Position numbers and translations under genes: made by a program. A model generated the notes under the pieces. The model saw only the letters and a program-made list of their open reading frames with translations, was not told the origin of the DNA and made no database searches. Positions 10,417-19,239 of a stretch of DNA of 39,824 nucleotides are shown one piece after another. Location: the NCBI GenBank assembly GCA_045588595.1, contig JAZNEM010000125.1, positions 1 to 39,824 on the forward strand, in the 5' to 3' direction. How positions within the stretch are numbered: the stretch's first letter is position 1; each line of letters opens with the position of its first letter. The DNA is from Eubacteriales bacterium. Its GTDB lineage: Bacteria; Bacillota; Clostridia; Oscillospirales; CAG-272.

Positions 10417-11631
10417 TTATTTTTCAACAAAACGCTCCATAAGAGTGAAGCCATCGGGAATATAGAAATTCTTTGCCTGTGCGCTGAACTCGTTAAAATG
10501 CTTTACTCCGTCTTGCTCACACTTTGACGAATATATCATGAAAGGAACCGGAGTTATGGTATGCGTGCGAAGATGTATAGGAGTTGGGTGATCTGGAAGA
10601 AGCATTATTTTGAACTCCTCACCGCAGTTCTTAAGATATTCATACACAGGAGCAAGTATCTTTTTATCGATAAGCTCTATGGCAAGTGCCTTGTTTTCGA
10701 TTTCGGCACGGTGTCCGCACTCGTCAGGACCTTCAACGTGAACATATACAAGATCAGCACCGTTCTTAAATGCATCGATCGCGGCATTGGCCTTGCCGTC
10801 ATAGTTGGTATGAACGTTACCCGTAGCACCTTCTACGTCAATGGATTGCATTTCAGCGCAAATACCAATACCTTTAATAAGATCTACTGCCGATATTACT
10901 GCCGCATTCAAGCCCCATTTTTCTTTAAAAGAGGGAAGTTGCGGCTTTTTGCCGGGACTCCAAAGCCAAGCTGAGTTAGCAGGCTTAAGCCCTCTTTCTT
11001 TTCTTGCAATATTTACGGGGTGATCCTTTAAGATATCATAACTATCTCGCATAAGCTTTAAAAATTCTTCGCCGCCATCAGATTCTTTTGGTAAATATTC
11101 TCCTATGCGCTTGCCGAGAATATCGTGCGGGCGCATAAAATTATAAGTATCGTTTCCGTTTTTCCAAATGAGGCAGTGACGATAGCTGATTCCCGTATAG
11201 AATTTTCTGATATCGTTTCCAAGCTTTTCTTCAAGTGCTTTGATAAGAAGATCAGCTTCTTCGGTTGAAATTTCATCCGCACTGTGATCGAGGATTATTC
11301 TATCCTCGTATTTGTCTTGCTCCTCGGTAAGTGTTACCACGTTGCAACGGTATGCCGTTTCATCGGGCTGCATTTTTATTCCTATGCTTACTGCTTCAAG
11401 AGGCGATCTGCCTTTGGAATATGTCTTAGGGTCGAAAGAAAGAATTGCCATATTAGCGGTATCGCTTTCTGGAACCATTCCTTCAGGAACATTTGAAACT
11501 GTACCAACAAGAGATCTTGCGGCAAGCATGTCCATTGTAGGAGTATCTGCTTTTTGCAGGGGCGTAAGGTTACCAAGTTCTTTTATTGGTTCATCAGCCA
11601 TTCCGTCGGGTATTAATACAAGATATTTCAT
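10417..11631 (-). CDS. Cofactor-independent phosphoglycerate mutase-like protein (ApgM family; subfamily proposed as an alternative homoserine kinase)
   Basis: PDGMAD, PESDTANM, GRSPLEA, GISYRH, PHDILG, SAVDLIKGIG, HVEGPDECGH, PDHPTP...RTH. Confidence 0.88.
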   Translation of the reverse strand: MKYLVLIPDGMADEPIKELGNLTPLQKADTPTMDMLAARSLVGTVSNVPEGMVPESDTANMAILSFDPKTYSKGRSPLEAVSIGIKMQPDETAYRCNVVTLTEEQDKYEDRIILDHSADEISTEEADLLIKALEEKLGNDIRKFYTGISYRHCLIWKNGNDTYNFMRPHDILGKRIGEYLPKESDGGEEFLKLMRDSYDILKDHPVNIARKERGLKPANSAWLWSPGKKPQLPSFKEKWGLNAAVISAVDLIKGIGICAEMQSIDVEGATGNVHTNYDGKANAAIDAFKNGADLVYVHVEGPDECGHRAEIENKALAIELIDKKILAPVYEYLKNCGEEFKIMLLPDHPTPIHLRTHTITPVPFMIYSSKCEQDGVKHFNEFSAQAKNFYIPDGFTLMERFVEK

Positions 11632-11822
11632 ATGTTATTTCCTTTGAGTTTTTTAATAAAAATAAACTATGTTATAATTATATCATAACAGTTACCAAAA
11701 TACAATGAAAATTTCAATAATTTAATAAAAAATTAAATAAATGTAGCGGTAAGTGTTGAATTTTTTGCTTTTTTGTGTTAATATTATTTAAGAAGTAAGT
11801 GTTGTTCACGGAGGAAAAGCTA

Positions 11823-12455
11823 ATGAGTAGCAAGAAAAAGCTTTTAATTGCTATTATTTCCATTGTTTCGGTTATAGCGTTGCTTATAATAGCCGTTGAA
11901 ATTATTGAATACATAAATAGCAAAAAAGCATTCGCGCCTATTGAGATCGATTATGACTTTTATCCCGCAAACTATGATGAAAACATTTTAGAAAACGAAA
12001 AATATCTTGAACTTATCAAAGGGGAATATATAAGAGTGTGCAACGCCTCTACAGGAGTAACGTCAGGTGTGGATCTTAATAAAACAGATAAATATTCGCC
12101 CGAGATCTTATTCATGTTAGATTATATTAAAGACATCGTAAATGGAGATCATGAGAGCTATAACGCTCGTTTTTCAGAGGATTATTATGAAAATCATGAA
12201 CCGTTAGAACGCTTTACGATGCAAAAAGTGTATGATGTGCTTATTACACAAAAAGAAGTTGAAACTGTAACCGAGAAGAAAACCGGAGTTAATTATACAA
12301 AATATTTGATCGTTCTTGAATACAAGATATATGAAAACAACGGTACTTTCAGGCGTGATATAGGAAATGGGTCAAGAAAGCAGTATATTACTATAACCGA
12401 TAAAACGGGAACGCTTTTGATAGATTCTATAGGTATAGATAGAACAAAAAAATAA
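11823..12455 (+). CDS. Hypothetical membrane-anchored or exported protein
   Basis: Basic N-terminus and one hydrophobic helix, then a soluble domain. ATG 11823 follows GGAGG. Confidence 0.75.
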   Translation: MSSKKKLLIAIISIVSVIALLIIAVEIIEYINSKKAFAPIEIDYDFYPANYDENILENEKYLELIKGEYIRVCNASTGVTSGVDLNKTDKYSPEILFMLDYIKDIVNGDHESYNARFSEDYYENHEPLERFTMQKVYDVLITQKEVETVTEKKTGVNYTKYLIVLEYKIYENNGTFRRDIGNGSRKQYITITDKTGTLLIDSIGIDRTKK

Positions 12456-12456
12456 C

Positions 12457-12500
12457 AAAAAACAAAGCGGAAGTTAGTTGATAAATAACTTCCGCAAATA
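12457..12500. terminator. Terminator between convergent genes
   Basis: GCGGAAGTTA (12467-12476) pairs with TAACTTCCGC (12486-12495); the A-run on the left gives a U-tail on the minus strand. Confidence 0.7.
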
Positions 12501-12523
12501 AAATGTACTTTTTGTAACAGATC

Positions 12524-12958
12524 TTACTGGATGCTGTTTACAATGGTATGTGCCCAATCAAGCAAAGCAGTCTTTTCTTCAGCGTTTATTTTGCTTCCAA
12601 ATATGGAAAGACCGCCAAGCTTAACGTACAGAATGTTGTCAATAACGTTAGAACCTGCATCTCGAAGAACCTCGGTAAGCTTGCTAGCGAACTTTTCATC
12701 GCCATCTACCAAGAGAGCGATGTTTTGAGCCTTTTTCTTATTAAGCTCGGAACAGAAACGTCGAAGGATATCATCAGGCTCACCCTTGCCGGAAACAGCA
12801 AGTATTACCAAGCGTTCGTTTTCGCAAGAATAAGCGGGAGGAATGATATCAATTGCATTAAAGTTCTGTGCAAGATCAAACTCCGTTTTGATAGCTTCCG
12901 CATAAGCTTTCATTTTGCCTTTGCCGGAATAGTACAGAAATCTCATTTTTAATGCCAT
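12524..12958 (-). CDS. Flavodoxin-like fold protein (divergent FMN loop)
   Basis: FLYYSGKGKMKAYAEAI resembles the flavodoxin beta1/P-loop/helix1; alternating beta/alpha pattern; ends LLDWA; 144 aa; AAGGAG RBS. Confidence 0.6.
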   Translation of the reverse strand: MALKMRFLYYSGKGKMKAYAEAIKTEFDLAQNFNAIDIIPPAYSCENERLVILAVSGKGEPDDILRRFCSELNKKKAQNIALLVDGDEKFASKLTEVLRDAGSNVIDNILYVKLGGLSIFGSKINAEEKTALLDWAHTIVNSIQ

Positions 12959-13007
12959 TGGTTTGAATCTCCTTTATGATAAGTATTTAGGTTATACCTT
13001 AAATACC

Positions 13008-13035
13008 ATTATAACATATTTTTTCTAATTATCAA
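13008..13035 (-). promoter_or_regulatory. SigmaA promoter of the flavodoxin-like gene
   Basis: Minus strand TTGATA, 16-nt spacer, extended -10 TGtTATAAT. Confidence 0.6.
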
Positions 13036-13080
13036 TAGGGTTTAATAAAAAAAATGATTTTCTTACATTTTTACTCCCCT

Positions 13081-13112
13081 CAATTATACAAAATTTGCAT
13101 TTTGTATAATTG
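13081..13112. repeat. Perfect 14-bp inverted repeat in a divergent intergenic region
   Basis: CAATTATACAAAAT-TTGC-ATTTTGTATAATTG. Confidence 0.8.
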
Positions 13113-13185
13113 GCTTTCTGTTTCGCGCAGGGTATTTCCCGCTTTGGAATTATATCTTTCACATTAATTTTTGAGGTTTTTATAA

Positions 13186-13905
13186 TTGGCTTATTTGGAT
13201 TTTGATACTCTTTTAATATGTAACGATCGATTTGATGAGGAATCTATAAAATACACATTGGATTTTTTCAAAGGTGTTGGCATAAGAAAATTTATTTTTA
13301 CATATGATTTTGACCGTGACGTCAAGCCGATGGCTTTGGCTGTTCAAAAGTTTAGATCACTTAAACCGTATCTTTCTTCATTAGCCCCTCGCGGACTGCG
13401 CATTTATACGGCTTTTAACGTTCTTTTGTCTGAAGGTGCTGTTTTTGATCCTTCATTTAACAGACTGACTTTGGGACATAGTGACAGAATATTTACAAAG
13501 CTTCCGTTTTATAATTATGAGGATTGGCTGGAGGCTGATATGAATCGTTTATTATACAAAAACAAATTGAAGCCCGCATTTGTATCTTTTGAACGAAGTC
13601 TTTCCATTATTGACCGAGATATTATCGAACGTTTTATGACTATTAAAAACGCTGTGTTTTGTATGGATATAAATTATCTGACGTCTATTCAAGCGATTGC
13701 CGATTTGGAACATTTTCTCTCTCTAGGGATAAACATTCTCCCCTGTGTTTCAGCGGATATCTTTAATTATCCCGGAATAATCAAATCCTTTGATTTGCTC
13801 AAAAATCGTATTGGAAAGCAAAATTATACCAATTTATGTAAATTTTTTCACAATTCTTCAAAAGTGATCATGTCAGATGCTACGTATTATCCGCGTAAGG
13901 ATTGA
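13186..13905 (+). CDS. CpsB/CapC/YwqE-like PHP-fold protein with degenerate active site
   Basis: Length and motif order match CpsB (GIRKFIFTYDF ~ GIxxIIATPH; RLTLGHSDRIFTKLPF ~ xxLxxxxYxLxEhP; KPAFVSFERS ~ xPIIAHxERY), but the His ligands are absent. TTG start after GAGGT. Confidence 0.6.
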   Translation: MAYLDFDTLLICNDRFDEESIKYTLDFFKGVGIRKFIFTYDFDRDVKPMALAVQKFRSLKPYLSSLAPRGLRIYTAFNVLLSEGAVFDPSFNRLTLGHSDRIFTKLPFYNYEDWLEADMNRLLYKNKLKPAFVSFERSLSIIDRDIIERFMTIKNAVFCMDINYLTSIQAIADLEHFLSLGINILPCVSADIFNYPGIIKSFDLLKNRIGKQNYTNLCKFFHNSSKVIMSDATYYPRKD

Positions 13906-14156
13906 ATGGATCGGTATTTTTGTCTTGTGGCTTCCCCACCGCGTAAATGCCTTTCTTGCTTATTGAGATCAAGTATTTCTTTTACTTCAAGATACAAACC
14001 GTAATTTTCCTTTTTTAACGTTTGCGTTATATCCTTATGTACGGTACTTTTGCTTATCCCAAAATGCGCAGCAACACCTCGCACGGTGGTTTTTTGACTT
14101 ATTAAGTATTTTCCAAGAATAATACAGCGTTCTTGCCCAAGGGGTGCGTTTATCAT
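13887..14156 (-). CDS. spoIIID: Sporulation transcription regulator SpoIIID
   Basis: TTVRGVAAHFGISKSTVHKDIT...ILDLNKQERHLRGGEATRQKY is the SpoIIID signature. Confidence 0.95.
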   Translation of the reverse strand: MINAPLGQERCIILGKYLISQKTTVRGVAAHFGISKSTVHKDITQTLKKENYGLYLEVKEILDLNKQERHLRGGEATRQKYRSIQSLRG

Positions 14157-14236
14157 AATTATCCGCTCCTATTTTAATAATAATTACTAAATTATATGTT
14201 TAAGATTATTTTAAAATTATTTTTTTAGAGGTTTTT

Positions 14237-15022
14237 ATGCAAAAAAAAGAAATAGAAAAATTTTATGATTCAGAACTGCTTGAAGGTATGTCCTCAATAT
14301 CCGCGCTGATAAAGGCTATGGAGCGCAATTATGCTACGAATAATAGAAAAATATTAAAGATATTGATAGACGAAAACAAAAAGCGATCAAAGGTCCGAGA
14401 GATAGGATTCTTGAAGGCTAAATCCTTGCAGCTTGATTTTTCTATAGATTTTGTCAGCCCCGAAGTTATTGCCGAAAAAACAGTGGGACAGACACACGGC
14501 GGTATTATTGCGGAATGCACTTCTCGTGATATACCTATGCTTAACGAGGCAACATTGAATAAAAACGGCATCTATTATTTTTTGGAAGGCGTTGAAGACC
14601 CTTATAATTTCGGCTATGCGATAAGATCGCTCTATGCATCGGGGGCGGACGGACTTATCCTATCTCCAAGGAACTGGATGGGTGCTGCAGGTATTGTGGC
14701 ACGTTCTTCGGCAGGAGCATCTGAATTGATGGAACTATATATTTCCGAACCAACAGAGGCTATCGAGATCTTTAAAAAATTAGGTTATACTGTAATATGT
14801 GCAGGTATCAGAGATTCCGTATCTATATTTGATTCAAAATTAAAAAAGCCGTTATTTGTTATTCTTGGCGGTGAAAAACGCGGTATTTCGGGAGCTGTGC
14901 TTGATATGGCGGATAATATTGTACGAATAGATTACGGAACTGAATTTGGAGGCTCATTGTCAACAGCTGCAGCTGCAGCTGTCTTTGGATTTGAAATATT
15001 AAGACAAAACAGAGATTCCTAA
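14237..15022 (+). CDS. TrmH/SpoU family RNA 2'-O-methyltransferase (RlmB-like)
   Basis: LEGVEDPYNFGYAIRS, RSSAGA, LGGEKRGIS and a C-terminal SLxxAAAAAV knot motif. Confidence 0.88.
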   Translation: MQKKEIEKFYDSELLEGMSSISALIKAMERNYATNNRKILKILIDENKKRSKVREIGFLKAKSLQLDFSIDFVSPEVIAEKTVGQTHGGIIAECTSRDIPMLNEATLNKNGIYYFLEGVEDPYNFGYAIRSLYASGADGLILSPRNWMGAAGIVARSSAGASELMELYISEPTEAIEIFKKLGYTVICAGIRDSVSIFDSKLKKPLFVILGGEKRGISGAVLDMADNIVRIDYGTEFGGSLSTAAAAAVFGFEILRQNRDS

Positions 15023-15118
15023 AATTTAAGTAATAATTGAAAAGTATTTATGATTTGTTAAAAAAATCATGTTATAATATGGTGTTAAAATAAATTTTAT
15101 AGACAAGAGGTTGGTTTT

Positions 15119-15937
15119 ATGCCCTACTCAATGGCAGTAATTGGCTTCGGAAACATGGCTAAAGCGATAATTTCCGGAGTGTTGGATTCAGCGTTAAACA
15201 TTGAAGAAATTAAAATTTTTGATAAAGCTCCCGAGCAATATGCTTCGTTTAAAAAAGATAATTGTGAATTAAAGCAAGAAAATAGTATTGCTGACGCAAT
15301 TAATGGTGCGGATGTAGTATTGCTTGCCGTAAAGCCTCAAAATTATCCCGAGGTGCTTTCGGAAATATGTGAAAATAAAGAATACGATAAAAAATTATAC
15401 ATATCGATCGCGGCTGGTATTACTTCTCAAAGCGTGTCGGATTCTTTAGGCGGAGCTGACGTAATAAGGGTATTGCCCAACGTTCCTATGATAATTGGCA
15501 AGGGGGTTTCGGTTATCTGCAGAAACGTTAACGTGGATAGCGAAAAATTCCAATTCGTATGCGATATTTTCGGTTCTGCGGGAAATAACGTAATTATCAA
15601 CGAAGATGATATGAACGCTATGATAGGTGTCACCTCATCATCTCCCGCGTACGTTTTCAGATTTATTAACGCGATATACGAAGGTGCTATCGCTCAAGGG
15701 CTTTCTGATGACGGAGAGCTTATAAAAGCTATCTGTGACGTAGTTATAGGCTCTGCTCAAATGTTAAAGACTTCCTGTGATTCTCCAAGAGAACTGGTAC
15801 AAAAGGTCGCGTCAAAGGGCGGCACTACCGAGAGAGCTCTTGCGGTACTTGACGAGCGTGACTTCGATGCTTCTATTATTGATGCTATGAGGGCTTGTAC
15901 TGCTCGAGCAAATGAATTAGGAACACAGAAAAAGTAA
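15119..15937 (+). CDS. proC: Pyrroline-5-carboxylate reductase
   Basis: IGFGNMA, LAVKPQ, SIAAG, RVLPN, SSPAY, VASKGGTT. Confidence 0.95.
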   Translation: MPYSMAVIGFGNMAKAIISGVLDSALNIEEIKIFDKAPEQYASFKKDNCELKQENSIADAINGADVVLLAVKPQNYPEVLSEICENKEYDKKLYISIAAGITSQSVSDSLGGADVIRVLPNVPMIIGKGVSVICRNVNVDSEKFQFVCDIFGSAGNNVIINEDDMNAMIGVTSSSPAYVFRFINAIYEGAIAQGLSDDGELIKAICDVVIGSAQMLKTSCDSPRELVQKVASKGGTTERALAVLDERDFDASIIDAMRACTARANELGTQKK

Positions 15938-15998
15938 TTTGAACCGATCTTCTTTCATATCCTTATATAGAGAACTTGTACACGGATATGGAGAAAAT

Positions 15999-16598
15999 AT
16001 GAAAAGAAACTTTAAGCGTTTTGATAAAAAATTGCTGTTCCAATATGTATTAATACTTATATCTTCGCTATGTATAGGCTTGCTATTACCAAGATTTTTA
16101 AGTGAAGGATTTTTGCAACCGCTATATCAAAAGATATCATTACATTTTCAAGTACCAATATATGGAGTCGAAAAATTCTCTGATTGGATCAAAGCAACAC
16201 TTGAATATGCGCTATCGGATATTATCTGCTTGTGTATCGTTTTGATGTTTTCATTTTCATCAATAACTTCGATAATATCGGGTTTGGCGATAGTATATAT
16301 CGGAATAAAAAACGGATGTCAGATATCGCTTGTGTATTTTACATACATAGCAAATATTGAATATCCTCCTACATTTAGTGAGATGTGTGTATTCTTTATA
16401 TTAAAATTGCTGCTTGTCTTATTTTTGATGCGATATATTCTGTATTCTTCCCTTTTTTCTTCAACTCTTTGTTATGGTTCATACTCTAACAATGCGTTTA
16501 TTTGGCAAACTTCAAAATTTATCGTAACTTCCCTTTTGTACGTTTGTATTTTGCTATTTTTACATGGGATCTATTGTTTCACAATAAAAAGTATATAA
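15999..16598 (+). CDS. Multi-pass membrane protein, possibly SpoIIM-like
   Basis: About 200 aa with ~5 hydrophobic helices and a loop after TM1, as in SpoIIM. GGAG RBS before ATG 15999; sigmaE-like CATATCCT at 15956-15963. The family call is tentative. Confidence 0.5.
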   Translation: MKRNFKRFDKKLLFQYVLILISSLCIGLLLPRFLSEGFLQPLYQKISLHFQVPIYGVEKFSDWIKATLEYALSDIICLCIVLMFSFSSITSIISGLAIVYIGIKNGCQISLVYFTYIANIEYPPTFSEMCVFFILKLLLVLFLMRYILYSSLFSSTLCYGSYSNNAFIWQTSKFIVTSLLYVCILLFLHGIYCFTIKSI

Positions 16599-16617
16599 AA
16601 TAAAGGAATTAAGAAAA

Positions 16618-17592
16618 TTGAAAAACGAAAAAAACAAAAAATTCAAACTGTTTGATTTTTCACGCGAAGGAAAAGGCGTGGAAGAGATCGAAGACCGTAA
16701 GCCAACGTTAAAATTTTTCTTTAAGCTTTTGTGGAGAAAATTTTCTCAATTATTGCAACTTAATCTTTTGATGCTATTTCAAATCATACCTTTACTCGTG
16801 ATAGTTTGCGTCGTGTACGTTTACGGAGCAAAGACCGCGCTTATAAACGAGGCTATGTACGTTCCGCTTTACGGCATCTCACAAGTATCTCCAAACTTTT
16901 CGGGAGCGCCTCTTTTTGACCTTGTAAGCAATCTGACTGAAAGCACAGTATATTTTACACCTGTAATGATACTCGTTACCATTGCTATGTTACTGTTACT
17001 TGCAATTACTTATGGTTGGCAAAACGTTGGTGCGGCATATGTTCTTCGCGGCCTGTTCAGAGGAGATGCTGTATTCGTATTCTCTGATTTTTTCTACGGT
17101 ATTAAGAAAAATTTTAAGCAAGCGTTTTTCATGGGACTCTTGGATTTTCTCTTTACCGTGGTGCTTATCGTTGATATAATCTTCTTTATGGGCAGAAGCG
17201 GCGGCTTGAATACTGTTATGTATGGCGTTATATTTGCCATTATCATACTGTATATCACAATGAAATTTTATATGTATCAGTTGCTTGTGACCTTTGATCT
17301 GACAAACTTTAAGATATTGAAGAATTCGTTGATATTTACAGCTTTGGGTATAAAGAGAAATCTTATGGCATTCCTTGGACTTATCGTTCTCTTTGCTTTA
17401 CAGATAGGACTTATATTCTTGGCTCTCGTGTATGGACTTACCGTATTTATAGTTCTACCCTTCGTTTACATACTGGCACTCATTGGATTTATAGCTACGT
17501 ATGCGGCATATCCTGTAATTGATAGATATATGATAGCTCCGTATGCCAACGAAAACGTTGAAGCTGTTGACGAAGAAAACATAAAAGAATAA
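16618..17592 (+). CDS. YesL/DUF624-like membrane protein
   Basis: FFKLLWRKFSQLLQLNLL, FSDFFYGIKKNFKQAF and ILKNSLIF patterns; several TM helices. Confidence 0.7.
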   Translation: MKNEKNKKFKLFDFSREGKGVEEIEDRKPTLKFFFKLLWRKFSQLLQLNLLMLFQIIPLLVIVCVVYVYGAKTALINEAMYVPLYGISQVSPNFSGAPLFDLVSNLTESTVYFTPVMILVTIAMLLLLAITYGWQNVGAAYVLRGLFRGDAVFVFSDFFYGIKKNFKQAFFMGLLDFLFTVVLIVDIIFFMGRSGGLNTVMYGVIFAIIILYITMKFYMYQLLVTFDLTNFKILKNSLIFTALGIKRNLMAFLGLIVLFALQIGLIFLALVYGLTVFIVLPFVYILALIGFIATYAAYPVIDRYMIAPYANENVEAVDEENIKE

Positions 17593-17636
17593 ATTTTTAG
17601 CGGAGAGTTTGCTTTAAGCAGACTCTCCGCTTATTA
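17593..17636. terminator. Bidirectional hairpin terminator overlapping the deacetylase stop codon
   Basis: AGCGGAGAGTTTGCT-TTA-AGCAGACTCTCCGCT (17599-17631) between convergent genes. Confidence 0.65.
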
Positions 17637-18318
17637 ATTCTGAAACAGTTACAAATTCGTATCCGCGTTTCAATATTTCGGGAATCAATATTTTTAATGC
17701 TTCACAGGTGGTATTCTTTCCAGAAATATAATCGTGCATAAGGATAATATCTCCGTCGTTCAATGAGGATAATACCTTTGACACTATTTCTTCGGGAGGT
17801 GTGTGCGCCCAATCCTCTGTATCTATGCTCCATAATATAATATCATACCCTTTAGATGCAGCGGTATCCTCAAGTATTTTTGAATAAGCTCCTTGCGGTG
17901 GACGGAATAGCTTTTTTGTGTTATTTACGCGGTCGCAAATAGCAGATTCGCATTTTGTTATCTCATTTAAGATATCTTCCGAGGAAGCATTACGCAAATT
18001 TTCGTGGGTAAATGTGTGGTTTCCTATTTCACACCCAGCTTCCGATATGGCGCAAAGTGCTTCGGGATAAAGTGTAGCATTTACTCCGATAATGAAAAAC
18101 GTTGCGGTGATATGATATTCCTCGAGAATTTCAAGTATATCTTTGGTGTATCTTGGATGCGGTCCGTCGTCAAAGGTCAAGGCGACTTGACCGATCTTTT
18201 CTCTGTTTTTTGAATATACTCGTTTTGCTTCATTCGCGTAAACTATATGATCTGTATTTGTAATTAAAATAAAACAAAGTATCAGAAATATTATAAAAAA
18301 TTTTTTTACGTTCTTCAT
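17614..18318 (-). CDS. Polysaccharide/peptidoglycan deacetylase (CE4, PdaB-like)
   Basis: Signal or anchor helix; NodB motifs LTFDDGP, GNHTFTH, FRPPQG, DTEDW and ILMHD. Confidence 0.9.
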   Translation of the reverse strand: MKNVKKFFIIFLILCFILITNTDHIVYANEAKRVYSKNREKIGQVALTFDDGPHPRYTKDILEILEEYHITATFFIIGVNATLYPEALCAISEAGCEIGNHTFTHENLRNASSEDILNEITKCESAICDRVNNTKKLFRPPQGAYSKILEDTAASKGYDIILWSIDTEDWAHTPPEEIVSKVLSSLNDGDIILMHDYISGKNTTCEALKILIPEILKRGYEFVTVSELISGESA

Positions 18319-19103
18319 GTTATCGTTTGCGTAAGCTCATCCATAGTTCCAAACCTAAACCCCTGCCCTTTTAATTCGCGTATAACGTCTGCTAATATCC
18401 GTGCATTAGTTTCTGAGGTTGGGTGGAGCAATAAAACAGCTCCGTTGTGAATGTTGTCCATTATTTTTGCTTTGGCGGCTTCGGGAGACATTTGATTGTT
18501 ATTATCCCAGTCTGCGTAAGCAAAGCTCCAAAATATAGTTTTATAGCCGAGCTCATGAGCATATTTCATGCTCTGCCTACTGAATTTTCCTTCAGGAGGT
18601 CTGAAATACTTAGGCATATCTTTTCCCGTCTTTTCCTTAAAAAGCACTTCAAGATCAGATAATTCGGCTTGTAGTTCCTCTTGACTTAATATACGGGAAA
18701 CATCACGGTGCTTTGCTGTGTGGTTAGCGACCGTATGCCCCTCGTTTATCATTCTGTTGACAAGGTCAAGGTTTTTTATCAGTAAGAGATCAAGTATAAA
18801 AAACGTAGCGGTTACGTTTTCTTCTTTTAGGGCATCAAGCACTTTTGCAACGTTTCCGTTTTCATAGCCCGCATCGAAAGTGAGATATATTACTTTGTCA
18901 TCGCAATCATTTCCATGCTTTTTATCAACGTAATATCCGCCGTATTCGGTAACGAATTCAATAGTGTTATCAGCCAAAGGCTGTGTGTGGTCTTTGGTTC
19001 GTTTGCAATACCAACTAAAAGCTTCATTGGTTGCAAAAGCTTGTAAATTACAAGTTGATATAATTATTATAACGGTTAAAAATAAAGCAATTTTTTTGAT
19101 CAT
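18315..19103 (-). CDS. pdaA: Spore-cortex muramic delta-lactam N-deacetylase PdaA-like
   Basis: PdaA-type IYLTFDAGYENG, NHTAKH, YFRPPEG, TIFWSFAYADW and IHNGAVLLLH. Confidence 0.85.
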   Translation of the reverse strand: MIKKIALFLTVIIIISTCNLQAFATNEAFSWYCKRTKDHTQPLADNTIEFVTEYGGYYVDKKHGNDCDDKVIYLTFDAGYENGNVAKVLDALKEENVTATFFILDLLLIKNLDLVNRMINEGHTVANHTAKHRDVSRILSQEELQAELSDLEVLFKEKTGKDMPKYFRPPEGKFSRQSMKYAHELGYKTIFWSFAYADWDNNNQMSPEAAKAKIMDNIHNGAVLLLHPTSETNARILADVIRELKGQGFRFGTMDELTQTIT

Positions 19104-19175
19104 GATTTTTCACCTCTGTAAATTAGTGTTTCAGAAATAATTCATTTGAAACGCTGAAAAAAATACCGAATCTTA

Positions 19176-19203
19176 TTGATTTTTTTTGAAAAAGGATTAT
19201 AAT
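19176..19203 (+). promoter_or_regulatory. SigmaA-like promoter of the PHP hydrolase gene
   Basis: TTGATT, 16-nt spacer, TATAAT. Confidence 0.5.
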
Positions 19204-19239
19204 ATAAGTAATTGATTTTTAAGAAAGGATATTATTCAT

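Noticed and set aside
11714-11923. 69-aa minus-strand ORF between the apgM-like gene and the hypothetical gene
   Set aside because: It overlaps the better-supported plus-strand gene (RBS, TM helix) and runs into AT-rich promoter DNA.
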